A stretch of 64,000 nucleotides of DNA. Origin: Flectonema sp. DT1601. Lineage: Eukaryota. Positions 22,479 to 32,149 of the stretch are shown here, one piece after another. The position numbers were made by a program, and so were the translations under genes. The stretch covers positions 992,001 through 1,056,000 of the forward strand of contig OZ025784.1 of NCBI GenBank assembly GCA_964019425.1. The letters run 5' to 3'. The notes beneath the pieces are model-generated. The model worked only from the letters and a program-made list of their open reading frames with translations. It was not told the DNA's origin and made no database searches. Numbering within the stretch: position 1 is the first letter of the stretch; the number at the start of each line of letters is the position of its first letter.

Positions 22479-23800
22479 GTTGCCCACCCTCCCAACCACA
22501 ACTGTAAGAAAGAATATTTTCTTCGTCACATAAATAAATTCATCGCTCGCTGTAATACCAATAATGGTTTTTTTTTTTTCAGAATTGACCAATCAAATCA
22601 AAAGTTATTTTGAAAAGCAAAAAATAAGTAAATAAAATAAACAAACGCAACAGACAGCAGTGTTTTTATGTCTCCCAGATTTCTTTTTTTTTTTTTTTTT
22701 TTTTTGACACTTGCAGCATTCATCCCACCAAAGATTTACCCCCGTGGATCAGAGTCATTTCTCCTTAGTGGCAGAGGTTAGTCGGAAAAAAAAAAAAAAA
22801 TAATCGAAAGCCATTATTATGGCGATTCCAGGTTTTTAGGGTAAAAAAAAAAAAACAGGCGTAACAGATGGCTGGTTATCAGAATGTTTTATGTGTTCCG
22901 TGTTCTTTTTTAATTTTTTTTTTCCCCCACTTTTTCTTTTATAAAAAGGTCACGCAACCATACGAGACTATTCGATTGCTGTATAAGGCACAAGTGTTTT
23001 TATAACCTATCTCTCGGGTATGTTGAAATAACAAAAAAAAAAAACAGATTACCACAAGCAATGCCGCCACCTGAGTACAGCTGAGAAGGAAGCTAACTAA
23101 GCTACGCATAGCAATGACTGTTGGAGTGAGAATCTCCTCATTGAGCAAACATAACATGAAGAGCTCCGTAAGAAGTTCTCCGCATCGTTAGAACAGGAAC
23201 TGGAAGACAGGAAAAAAAAAAAAAAATAAATAAATAAATAAAACCACGTCCTAGAGTTCGATATCTACCGCGACAAGTTGACAACATCGAAGGCGCAAGT
23301 TCAAGCTCTGCCACCTTCGATGAAATAACAAACGAAAAGTTAGTCAAAAAGAGGTCGCGATTAACAAAGTGAAAAAAAAAAAAAAAAAAAAAAGATTTTT
23401 TTTTATAATTTAATGAAGACAGGAGGCAACAGACAGACAAGATAGAAATATGACTTTTTGTTTTAAAAATAGCACTAAATCAAAAGAAACAAAAAGGCTT
23501 ATTTTTTTGTTGCTTTTAAAAACCACACTTGCTTTTCCAAGAGCCTTAATCTTATACCACCCAAGGCACAGACAGACAGACAGATCCTCACATCTCTGAT
23601 ACAGCAACGGATTATATCCAACGAGGTAGCAGCTGCACGTACAGCCTTTTCGGGTATTGCTTTTATTTTATTTTTTTGAAATATTTGTGCAAGACACCGC
23701 AAACAAGGTTGTACGTTGCCACTACTTTGCGTTAACTGGAATAGGACCAGGTGCAAAAGAAGAACAAAAAATAAGAACGGGAAAAAAAATTGTTGATCTG

Positions 23801-23833
<33 letters not shown>

Positions 23834-24439
23834 GATTGCGCGCGCTCTCTGACTTTTATTACAAAAGTCTCAAGCGCTTTATAATATCTTATTTATATCT
23901 CGAAAAACAAGCAGACGGAGCTGAAAAAGATCACGACGGCAGCAGGCTGATGAAATAATTTTTTTTTCTGTAAAAAAAAACTCACAAAAAAAAAAAAAAG
24001 ATCCCCTCGGCTCCCCACAAAAGAGTTCAACACGCACTGAAATAGACCCGAAAGATGGTGAACTATACCTAGATAGGACGAAGCCTTGGGAAACTCTGGT
24101 AGGTCTCAATCTGAGAAACGAATTTCAATATTGTGTTCGCAAGCATCGTTAACAACATTTTAACAACAATGAAAAAAAAAAAAAAAAAAAATCAATTATG
24201 TTCGCGTTTTTCTCTTCACAACACTTCTTTTTTTTTTTTTTTTTTTCCATTTTGTCAACAACTTTTTTTTAATCCCACCAATAGGAATCAAAATAGTGAA
24301 AAAAATAGGAAAACATTAATAAAGTTTAAAGAAGTATTTTCAAAAAAAAATACAAAAAGAAATGAACAATCAGCTTTCTTTTAGAGGCAGCATGAGGACT
24401 CACTCTCTAGAGGACATCCGAAGCTTGTTAAAGAATAGC

Positions 24440-25156
24440 CTATGGTGAATTCTGTTTTTTTATTTCCACGGCTAGATCTCTAAATCCTGTAGCCGCAGCA
24501 GTATGTCCTGCTGCAGAATGAATTGAAGATGTTGCAGTGATGATTACTCGATCCTTGTTGTGATCTTTAATTGACGTGACTCTATTCCTCAAAGTAGTCA
24601 TCGCGTTGTCTGCAGTAGTTAAGTCAGACTTTGTTCCCAATATCAGCAGTGGTAGGGGTGATCCATTTGAAGAAATCGCATGTGGTGATGCGAGAACTTC
24701 GTTCAGCCAATCTGCAGCCTCCTCAATTTTTGACATATCAGTGAGATCCACACAGAATATTATTGCTTTACTTTTCTTGAATGCCGCGGTGAGGTGTTTC
24801 TTTCGAACGTCTTCTCTACCACCCAAGTCTACCATTAAGAAGTTGACTCGTTGTTGAAGAGTGACGTACATGGTTTCTTCACGAAAGTCTTCAGTCTCAC
24901 AAGGCTCTGCAGCCTTCTCATTGATGAGAGTGTATAACAAATGTGTTTTCCCTGATCCGTCTAATCCTGTCAGCAGTACTCTAAATGTTTGAAGTTTACT
25001 CGCAGATCTTCTCCGAACTCCTTCCATCTTCTCCTCAATCTCATAGTGAGGCATCGCAATTTCCAACTCAGCCATGGTCTCCTGATGAGTTTTTGGACTT
25101 GTTGGTGGTGAAGCCGTTTTCTTCGATGACGCCACTCGAGAGTCTGAACAACCCAT
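24440..25156 (-). CDS. Arf-like small GTPase with N-terminal extension
   Basis: G1 GLDGSGKT, G3 DLGG, G4 TKSD; N-terminal MGC. Confidence 0.9.
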   Translation of the reverse strand: MGCSDSRVASSKKTASPPTSPKTHQETMAELEIAMPHYEIEEKMEGVRRRSASKLQTFRVLLTGLDGSGKTHLLYTLINEKAAEPCETEDFREETMYVTLQQRVNFLMVDLGGREDVRKKHLTAAFKKSKAIIFCVDLTDMSKIEEAADWLNEVLASPHAISSNGSPLPLLILGTKSDLTTADNAMTTLRNRVTSIKDHNKDRVIITATSSIHSAAGHTAAATGFRDLAVEIKKQNSP

Positions 25157-25335
25157 TTTAGTTACTTTATTTTATTTTTTTTATTTGATATCTCTCTTTT
25201 GTGTATTACTGAAGGCGGGAAAGGTGATGGGGTGTGACAGTTTTTATACAAAAAAATATATAAATCAAAATACCAACTTCTGAAGTACCAACTTCTGAAG
25301 ACGCATACCTTCAGATCAAAACAGCTCAATTTGTT

Positions 25336-25440
25336 CACATGATTGTCGCTAACAACACACATGCGACTGTCACATGACTGTCGCTAACAACACACATGTG
25401 ACTGTCACATGACTGTCACATGATTGTCGCTAACAACATG
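25336..25440. repeat. Compound minisatellite (cacatgattgtcgctaacaa / cacatgactgt units)
   Basis: Three gtcgctaacaac copies interleaved with cacatgactgt units; a 15-bp tandem duplication also lies at 25271-25300. Confidence 0.85.
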
Positions 25441-25483
25441 AACACCATACCTGTTGAAGTCATCACGTTGATGGATGTTCACT

Positions 25484-25843
25484 CTAACCTGAAGTAGTTA
25501 CCTCTTCAAGCTTAACTATGTCATCAACCTTCTCTAAAGTGAAGGAATTCGCTTCTTTATTAAATATTAACACACAAGTAGTAGTGTTGGTATTATTTCC
25601 TTCTTTTCTTCTCTTAATTCCTTTTAATATTTTAGCTGGAGTTTCTTTGTCTTCAACAGTGAGTTCAGCAGTAGAATCAGTGGTGTTTACATTCGACACT
25701 TCGATATCTTCTTTGAGGTCGTTTGTTATTTCAACGAGACATCTCTTTTGCTTCCCTCCTTCGATAAAACTCTTTCCCAAAACAATTGGAATTCGATCCT
25801 CAGATTCTAAGGCTCCTGGGAAGCAGTTTCTGAATGCCGACAT
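25484..25843 (-). CDS. EAF: ELL-associated factor (EAF) family protein
   Basis: IPIVLGKSF...LKG...TCVLIFNKEANSFTLEKVDDIVKL fits the EAF N-terminal domain; ATG at 25843 (frame open further upstream). Confidence 0.7.
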   Translation of the reverse strand: MSAFRNCFPGALESEDRIPIVLGKSFIEGGKQKRCLVEITNDLKEDIEVSNVNTTDSTAELTVEDKETPAKILKGIKRRKEGNNTNTTTCVLIFNKEANSFTLEKVDDIVKLEEVTTSG

Positions 25844-26145
25844 AACTGAAGAAGTAGCCTGGACTTGATAAGTAATTTCATTAATAAGTAGTACGAATGG
25901 ATTCACATCATAGTAGTGTGGATTAACTTCTACGTTCCCTGACTGGGGTACGAAGTTGAGATCCCTCGACAGAAGCTTAAAGTGATTCCTGACGTATAGG
26001 AATTAAAATGTAACAATTATTTTTTTTAAAAAAATAAAAAACGAAGTTAAATTTATAAAGTGAGGAAGTGCTACTCAGAATGAAATAGGAGCTGGAATAA
26101 ATAACAACAACGACAACTAAATAAAAGAGAAAGTTGGCGAGTCCA

Positions 26146-26260
26146 ACAGACCAAGGAGTACGAGTACCAGTTGGGTACCCAATGTGATCCATTTACTCTG
26201 AGACTTGCATGGCTTAATCCTTGAAACAAGCATATGACTACTGGCAGGATCAACCAGGTT
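26146..26260 (-). rRNA. Truncated 18S rRNA 5' end (~115 nt), orphan rDNA fragment
   Basis: AACCTGGTTGATCCTGCCAGTAGTCATATGCTTGTTTCAAGGATTAAGCCATGCAAGTCTCAG, then a branched V1 helix (gagta/tactc closing aatg/catt and gggtacc/ggtactc) and GGTCTGT; the rest of the gene is absent. Confidence 0.9.
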
Positions 26261-26640
26261 TCTTGTTACTCTAACCAACAGGGAGTACCCGAAAGTACGC
26301 ACCCTGAGAGTTGAAAGCATCAAGACGTTGGTTGTCTCTTTTTTCCCGCAGTTCTGATAGGCTCCTCGGGAACTCCTCCATGTGCTCAGAGGTACGGGAC
26401 TCTCACAAAGAGGGTGACCCCATTCCAGGAGACTTGTCCGAACACCACCAGATCCCCACAATAGCTTACTGTTCACTCGCCGTTAAGTTCAGCACGTAGA
26501 TCTTCAACTGCCGAGGTGAAGAAGTCTGTGTGGTCGCTCAAAGGTCCGAGATAGATCGACACCGCGGGGCTTACAAAATCAAGAGATCTGTAGCCTCAAT
26601 ACTTCTTGTGAGACAATAGTACAGACGAGTCACACAAAGA
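26261..26640 (-). other. Probable 5' external transcribed spacer fragment
   Basis: GC-rich, structured (e.g. gtact-UUCG-ggtac hairpin at ~26285-26298) non-coding block contiguous with the 18S start; upstream boundary approximate. Confidence 0.6.
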
Positions 26641-27008
26641 TGTCTGTCGTGTGGACAAAAATCGAATAATAAAAAAGGAAGTAGAAAATAATAAACCAGT
26701 GAGGAGGACTACACCACCTATAAAACAAAAAGAGTACAAGACTCTGTTTCAAAAAAGAAGAAGAAAAACAGAACAAGGTATGTGAATGAAGGAGGATCTC
26801 GTACTTTGGACACCAGCTTTTCGACTCGCAAATTAAATAGCGCGGCTGAACAGATGATCGACCCAACAAAAACAAAGTAATAAACACTCGCAGTAACACA
26901 GTTTTTTTTTTTTTTTTTTTTTTTTTTTTGAGTGCCATTTTTTTTTTTTTTTTAAAAACGAATATCAAATAAATACCAAACGAGAAAAAAAAAAAATAAT
27001 AATATTAA

Positions 27009-28871
27009 CTACTCAGAAGAAGCAGAAAATGAATTATTACTCAAAGACGATCTCCTCGAAAGAACAGGACTCTTTAATCTCGAAGTGTGTTCGACAGCAA
27101 ATGGACTGGAGTTCAGAGAAGACTCAAAAGCTCCTTTCTCACTGCTGAGTGCTTCTATTTTCTTATAGAGGTTCTCACTCCTTTCAGACCACAATTCATA
27201 CTTCCCTCTTACTTTTGTATCAACGAGTTTACGAACTTGCTTCACGAGGTCCTTGCGAAACTCATGAAGATTCTGAAATCTCTTTTTATAAAGATCCGAC
27301 TGGAGCGACAACAACAATGGAAACGTCGCTCTCGCTGAGATAATACAATTATTAGCTCCCACAATAGACCAGTACGACCAGAAAGGATGCACAACCATAG
27401 TAAGACATGCCATCCCGAAGTTTGTATAACACCAAACAACCATAAACAACCACGAGAAATACAACGGGGATATAACCATCGCACATATAACCTTGTAGGA
27501 TGCTTTGACATCGTTTCCAAGAACTTTTACGGTGCTGTTTTTAACGGCTTCTTTTGATTTTACGTCTGAATAGACTCTCGCAGTTAGAGCAATAGGGAGG
27601 TTTATTATGATGGCAGGAATGCAAATGACGAACCAGAAAGACGTTGTCGCCATCCTCTTTATCAAAAGTAGATAACTTCCGTGAGTTGGAAGCGTTTCAA
27701 GAGATTGAACTTGATGGTCAGTTACGAGATATTCTTTTAGTAAGTTTTGATACATTTCAAGTCTTTTAATAAAACATTTTGTTTCTGGCAGGTCCTGAAC
27801 AAGTGTCATTCCCTGTGCAAACCTTCTTGTTGTTCTCAAATACTCTGCTACGTTTAACTTTATTCTACCTGGTTGATAGAGTCTTCTAACGTGATGAACT
27901 ATTTTTAAAGTTCTCCAATCAGGACATTGAATTGTTACCTCAGCCATTGCTGATGACAACTCTTTCATGAATAGTGAGATTCCTTGTTGTCTATCTTTTT
28001 GAAATGTTGAGAACATGTCGTCAGTGATGTGCATTGCTTCTCCAAATTCAATGTGAGCGCGACTTCTAAAACGGTGTCCATAATAGTAAGTCAGACCAAC
28101 AGGGATGATTACTGGTCTACGAGTGCCATGCTCAACTGCTCCAAGAGCGAATCTCGCAATTCCATCCTTCATATGCAACATTGACGTCTGATCATGAGAT
28201 CCTCCTTCAGGAAATATTCCAATACTTCCTCCACTTCCGAGTCTTTCGTAAACAGATTCCCACATTTCTTTTTGATCAATTCTCGGTAGTATCTTATAAG
28301 TCATGTTCTGCTCTGTTGGGGGATTGTCGACTTCTTTTATTGTAAGTTCAGTGTCACTACTGATGGTGATGACTTTAACAATGAATGTGGCAGCTGAATC
28401 CTTGTTCGGCTTAATCATAAGAAGCTCTCCCTCTTTTAGTTCAGTGCTGAATTTCGATTGAGAATTTCCATAAACTTTTGTGGTTGTTATTTGATAGATG
28501 AGACCAGACGCGGATTTTGCTTCATCTTGTGGACGACGTACAGGTATGCAATTCATGAAATTAGCGACGTCACCAACAACACGTCTTCCCATACTCTTCT
28601 TTGCTATAATAAAAGAAGGTTCTCTGGGACAATGTGCGTAAAGCATCACACCATCTACAAATTGGTTTTGATGATTTCCACAGAATATAACTGGACCGGT
28701 TAAAGGAACATTCTCGACTCCTATAACGTCAATCTCTCTGTAGTAACTGTACAGTAGTATTCTAAAGTACAGTCTAACTAACCAGACCTTCACTACTTCA
28801 AGTAGGGCTCTCAGAGTGTTTTGATTATCCTCATCGGCGCTGTTAATCTCATTTTCGAGTTTGCTGACCAT
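27009..28871 (-). CDS. Glycerol-3-phosphate O-acyltransferase (Sct1/Gpt2-like)
   Basis: Acyltransferase motifs GNHQNQFVD and GIFPEGGSHD, IIPVGLTY, C-terminal TM helices. Confidence 0.92.
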   Translation of the reverse strand: MVSKLENEINSADEDNQNTLRALLEVVKVWLVRLYFRILLYSYYREIDVIGVENVPLTGPVIFCGNHQNQFVDGVMLYAHCPREPSFIIAKKSMGRRVVGDVANFMNCIPVRRPQDEAKSASGLIYQITTTKVYGNSQSKFSTELKEGELLMIKPNKDSAATFIVKVITISSDTELTIKEVDNPPTEQNMTYKILPRIDQKEMWESVYERLGSGGSIGIFPEGGSHDQTSMLHMKDGIARFALGAVEHGTRRPVIIPVGLTYYYGHRFRSRAHIEFGEAMHITDDMFSTFQKDRQQGISLFMKELSSAMAEVTIQCPDWRTLKIVHHVRRLYQPGRIKLNVAEYLRTTRRFAQGMTLVQDLPETKCFIKRLEMYQNLLKEYLVTDHQVQSLETLPTHGSYLLLIKRMATTSFWFVICIPAIIINLPIALTARVYSDVKSKEAVKNSTVKVLGNDVKASYKVICAMVISPLYFSWLFMVVWCYTNFGMACLTMVVHPFWSYWSIVGANNCIISARATFPLLLSLQSDLYKKRFQNLHEFRKDLVKQVRKLVDTKVRGKYELWSERSENLYKKIEALSSEKGAFESSLNSSPFAVEHTSRLKSPVLSRRSSLSNNSFSASSE

Positions 28872-29165
28872 GTCCCTTTTTCCTAATTAAAAAAAAAAAT
28901 TATATTAAAAAAGAATAAGTTGGACTGTTACCCTCTGAGGCTTAAGAATATATGCATCTAATCTGTTTTATAAAAATATTGAAATAAACTTCAAAAAAAA
29001 AAAACATTCGCAAAGATTGCGGACCAACAGCAGTCCTTCGAACGGACACCAAATCAGAGATGTGCGGCGGTGAGAACCACCTGAAGCCCGGACACCAAAA
29101 AATCAGATTTAGATCAAACTGTGTGAAATCTGATTTCACAAAAAAAAAAACTTTTTATAAAATAA

Positions 29166-30794
29166 TCAAGTCAAGTCAATACATTGAGGTACGTATGGTT
29201 CGTCTCGTTCTAAATTTATGGGATCATTCAGATCTCCTTTTTTCATAATAGGTTTCGGCATTGCCATCTTAACAAGTGTAGTAGTAGGAGGATGTGTTAC
29301 GACAGGTACCACGGGTCTATTCTCAGCTTCTATCTCAGACGTTAAGTAGTTAAAGAGAGTACCAACCCAAGCAGAAGGATGGATGTAGTTATAAGATTGA
29401 TGACGGAATCCAGGTAAAGGTGGTCCAGGTGCTGGAACTACTTCACTTGCATCCCTCCAACCAGACCAACAACCTTCCTCTGTTGGATATCTCTTAAGAC
29501 AGTCTTCTTCTAATTCAGCAAATTCAGATAGTTTTATCCGAAGTTTAACTTTGTCGGTATTTCTTGTCTCTCTTTCTCGTCTTGAATCTTGATTTCGATA
29601 TTTTGAAGGACCAAATCGATCTGAAACAGATTCATCCCAAACGATACGATTACCAGTAGTCTCTTTGTTTAGTATACTAACGACTTTCTTATTTGAGATA
29701 GGGAACTTACGTGACACCCCTGGAGGAGTTGCTAAGAAAGGAGGAAATGACGAAGGAACAGCAGCAGCCCTCCTCAGATGACTTAATGAGTGTCGTGGAG
29801 GGGCTGCTGTGACTGTTTGCTGTTGATCTGCTTCATCAACTACGATGATTGCGGGAAGTGATTTCATTTCTTCTTGATTTGTGTTTTGAGTCTTCTGAAG
29901 TCTTTCTGCCATCACTTTGCGTTCATTCTGAAGCTGAGTTGCTACGTCGACAGGTTTCATTGGACTGGCTGGTACCTCAACATGAACTTCCTTTAAACCA
30001 ACCCAGGGAACAACCATCTCTAAGAGGGAATGACCTACAGGATGAGCTTTCTTATCAACAGCTATTACCTTCAGTACTAACATTGGAAAGGTTCCCCAAA
30101 GTTCTGGTGTCATCACTCCCTTATCACTGGATGTCAGTACTCTCTTTGCAATCATCAGACAGCGGATCATCCATTCTGACTTACCGAGTGTTGTGCTCTC
30201 AAGGAATCTTGTCAGCCAAAGAGAAAGTCCAACAAGTAGTTTAGCTGACAATAAGAATATTGATAAACTGTGTCCTACTCCGTGTGCTATCGATCCGTTT
30301 AATACTTTTTCGAGAACGTCGCTGAGAAATTCAAATATTTCAGCTGCAGCATCGTCGGGAGAATAAGCCGCAGCTCTCATTACAATCCTCGATAGTTCTC
30401 TTGTGTTTACTCTACCAGGACGTACTCCAAAGTGTCTGTTACAGACCCAAGCAACTTGTCGCTTAACAATATCAAGACTCTCAGGTTTTGTACATAAGTC
30501 TTTGTGTCTCTTTGCTTCAATAGCATTGTGTATCCTCGCCTTTCTCTCTCTCGGTTTTTGTTTGTAAACACAATTCGGTTGTGCTGGAAGTTTTCCTCCC
30601 CCAGGAGCGACAGCGCTCTTGACTCGTAATATCCCAAAACCCGGTGCTGGTGAACCTTTTGGAGCGACTTTCTTCGGTGCCGGTTTTGATGCTATCTTGT
30701 AATTACCAACAATCTGTACTCCTGAAGAGGACGAAGACGACGACGTCGATGAGTCGGAAGAGCTGTCATCAGAACTGCTATCTGAGGAGGACAT
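29166..30794 (-). CDS. Putative PNUTS-like PP1 regulatory subunit
   Basis: Helical TFIIS-N-like segment (LSLWLTRFLE...TPELWG), SILNK followed by RVxF-type RIVW (29637-29648), Pro-rich C-terminus. The ORF is secure; the assignment is tentative. Confidence 0.5.
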   Translation of the reverse strand: MSSSDSSSDDSSSDSSTSSSSSSSGVQIVGNYKIASKPAPKKVAPKGSPAPGFGILRVKSAVAPGGGKLPAQPNCVYKQKPRERKARIHNAIEAKRHKDLCTKPESLDIVKRQVAWVCNRHFGVRPGRVNTRELSRIVMRAAAYSPDDAAAEIFEFLSDVLEKVLNGSIAHGVGHSLSIFLLSAKLLVGLSLWLTRFLESTTLGKSEWMIRCLMIAKRVLTSSDKGVMTPELWGTFPMLVLKVIAVDKKAHPVGHSLLEMVVPWVGLKEVHVEVPASPMKPVDVATQLQNERKVMAERLQKTQNTNQEEMKSLPAIIVVDEADQQQTVTAAPPRHSLSHLRRAAAVPSSFPPFLATPPGVSRKFPISNKKVVSILNKETTGNRIVWDESVSDRFGPSKYRNQDSRRERETRNTDKVKLRIKLSEFAELEEDCLKRYPTEEGCWSGWRDASEVVPAPGPPLPGFRHQSYNYIHPSAWVGTLFNYLTSEIEAENRPVVPVVTHPPTTTLVKMAMPKPIMKKGDLNDPINLERDEPYVPQCIDLT

Positions 30795-31184
30795 GTTTTA
30801 TTAGCGTCCTCAATGACTAGATCTGTAAAGTGAATACAATAATAATAATAATAATAATAATAATATACTTTACAAGGTTTTGATACTCTCTTTTCTTTCA
30901 ATCTGGATTTAAGATGAGATTTCTCTGTCAGAAAACAAAAAAAATTATTAAATAATAAAACACCTGAAGGACACCCAAAGAAGTGACTTGTAACGAACCG
31001 TTCAAACTGTTCATAAAACCACAGAGACAACAACTAACAAAACAAGAAAGCGGTAAGAAACATAACAAATATAATTATATTAGCAAACAGTTATGTGGAA
31101 CCACAGAAATCAGAGTTGTTCATTCAGGTTGAGGTAAGGACCGCATGTGTGCGATGTCAGAATATCAGATTGTTAAGTAGAAAA

Positions 31185-31217
<33 letters not shown>

Positions 31218-32149
31218 AACTCTCTATTCTGCTCAACTAAAATTATTTTTTCTTATGAAAAAAATCATAACCAATGGCAACAAGATTCTTTCAAAAGAAC
31301 TCATATTTCTAAGTCATTCTGTGTCCTGTCTTCTGACTGGACGTTTCAGGGAAGGGCAATGGAAGGAAAAGGGAAATTGAAATGTTCGAAAATATATTTA
31401 TGAAGATATAAATACCTGTATTGTACCAGAGTTAACAACAAACGTTAGTTATGATACATCCATCTTGACTAAAGGCAATGTTAGTATAGGTAAAACACTC
31501 CGCATACGACGTACAAGATTTTACATTATAATAAATGTTTCTAACTTAGCTGCACACACATCTCTATTTCCGTATTGTCATTCAGTGCAGTACGGAATCC
31601 AGTTATTCAATTATGAATTAATCGTGAGCCCTGAGAAACCAAAACCAGAGGTATAATGTAATACGGCAGAGTGTAGGTTTTCGCCTATTTTAATTACTTG
31701 TCAATAAATAAATTCCTTTTTTAAAAAAAAAAAAAAAAAAAATGAATTAGCTTATGTTGTTAGTTCATAGCACCACCAGAGAAGCACTCACTTTAAATAA
31801 ATTAAGGTAGTGTTGTCCAGAATTCGGGAAAGGGAGGATGAAGAACCTCCTTTTTTTCCATTCCGTTACTAATTAACGTGAAGAATGAAGCCGACTGATG
31901 CGAAAACATCAAACAAGCAGATAAGGTGGAAAGGACTCATAAATAATAATCACACGAAACTTTTCTTTTTAGAAAAAAAAAAAAAAAGAAAAAGGGAGGA
32001 GAATTAACAACTGGTTTTTTTTTTTTTTTTTTTATAGGGGTGGGAAAAAAAACAGACCAAAGACTACAGTTACAAAAATAAATAAAATATTTTGGTAAAC
32101 ACCTTCCTAAGAAGGAACTACACATGTATAAGAAAAACATCCAACACAA

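Noticed and set aside
25336..25440. CRISPR-like repeat array
   Set aside because: The intervening sequences are themselves repeats, there are no cas genes, and the context is eukaryotic; it is a minisatellite.
26185..26191. TGGATCA read as the 18S 3' end (a mini rDNA with internal deletion)
   Set aside because: It lies in a hairpin of a coherent branched V1 helix that is followed by GGTCTGT, so contiguous 18S 5' sequence explains it better.
26071..26499. ORFs of 60-119 aa over the rDNA fragment
   Set aside because: These are translations of rRNA/ETS sequence (NLVDPASSHMLVSRIKPC is the 18S start).
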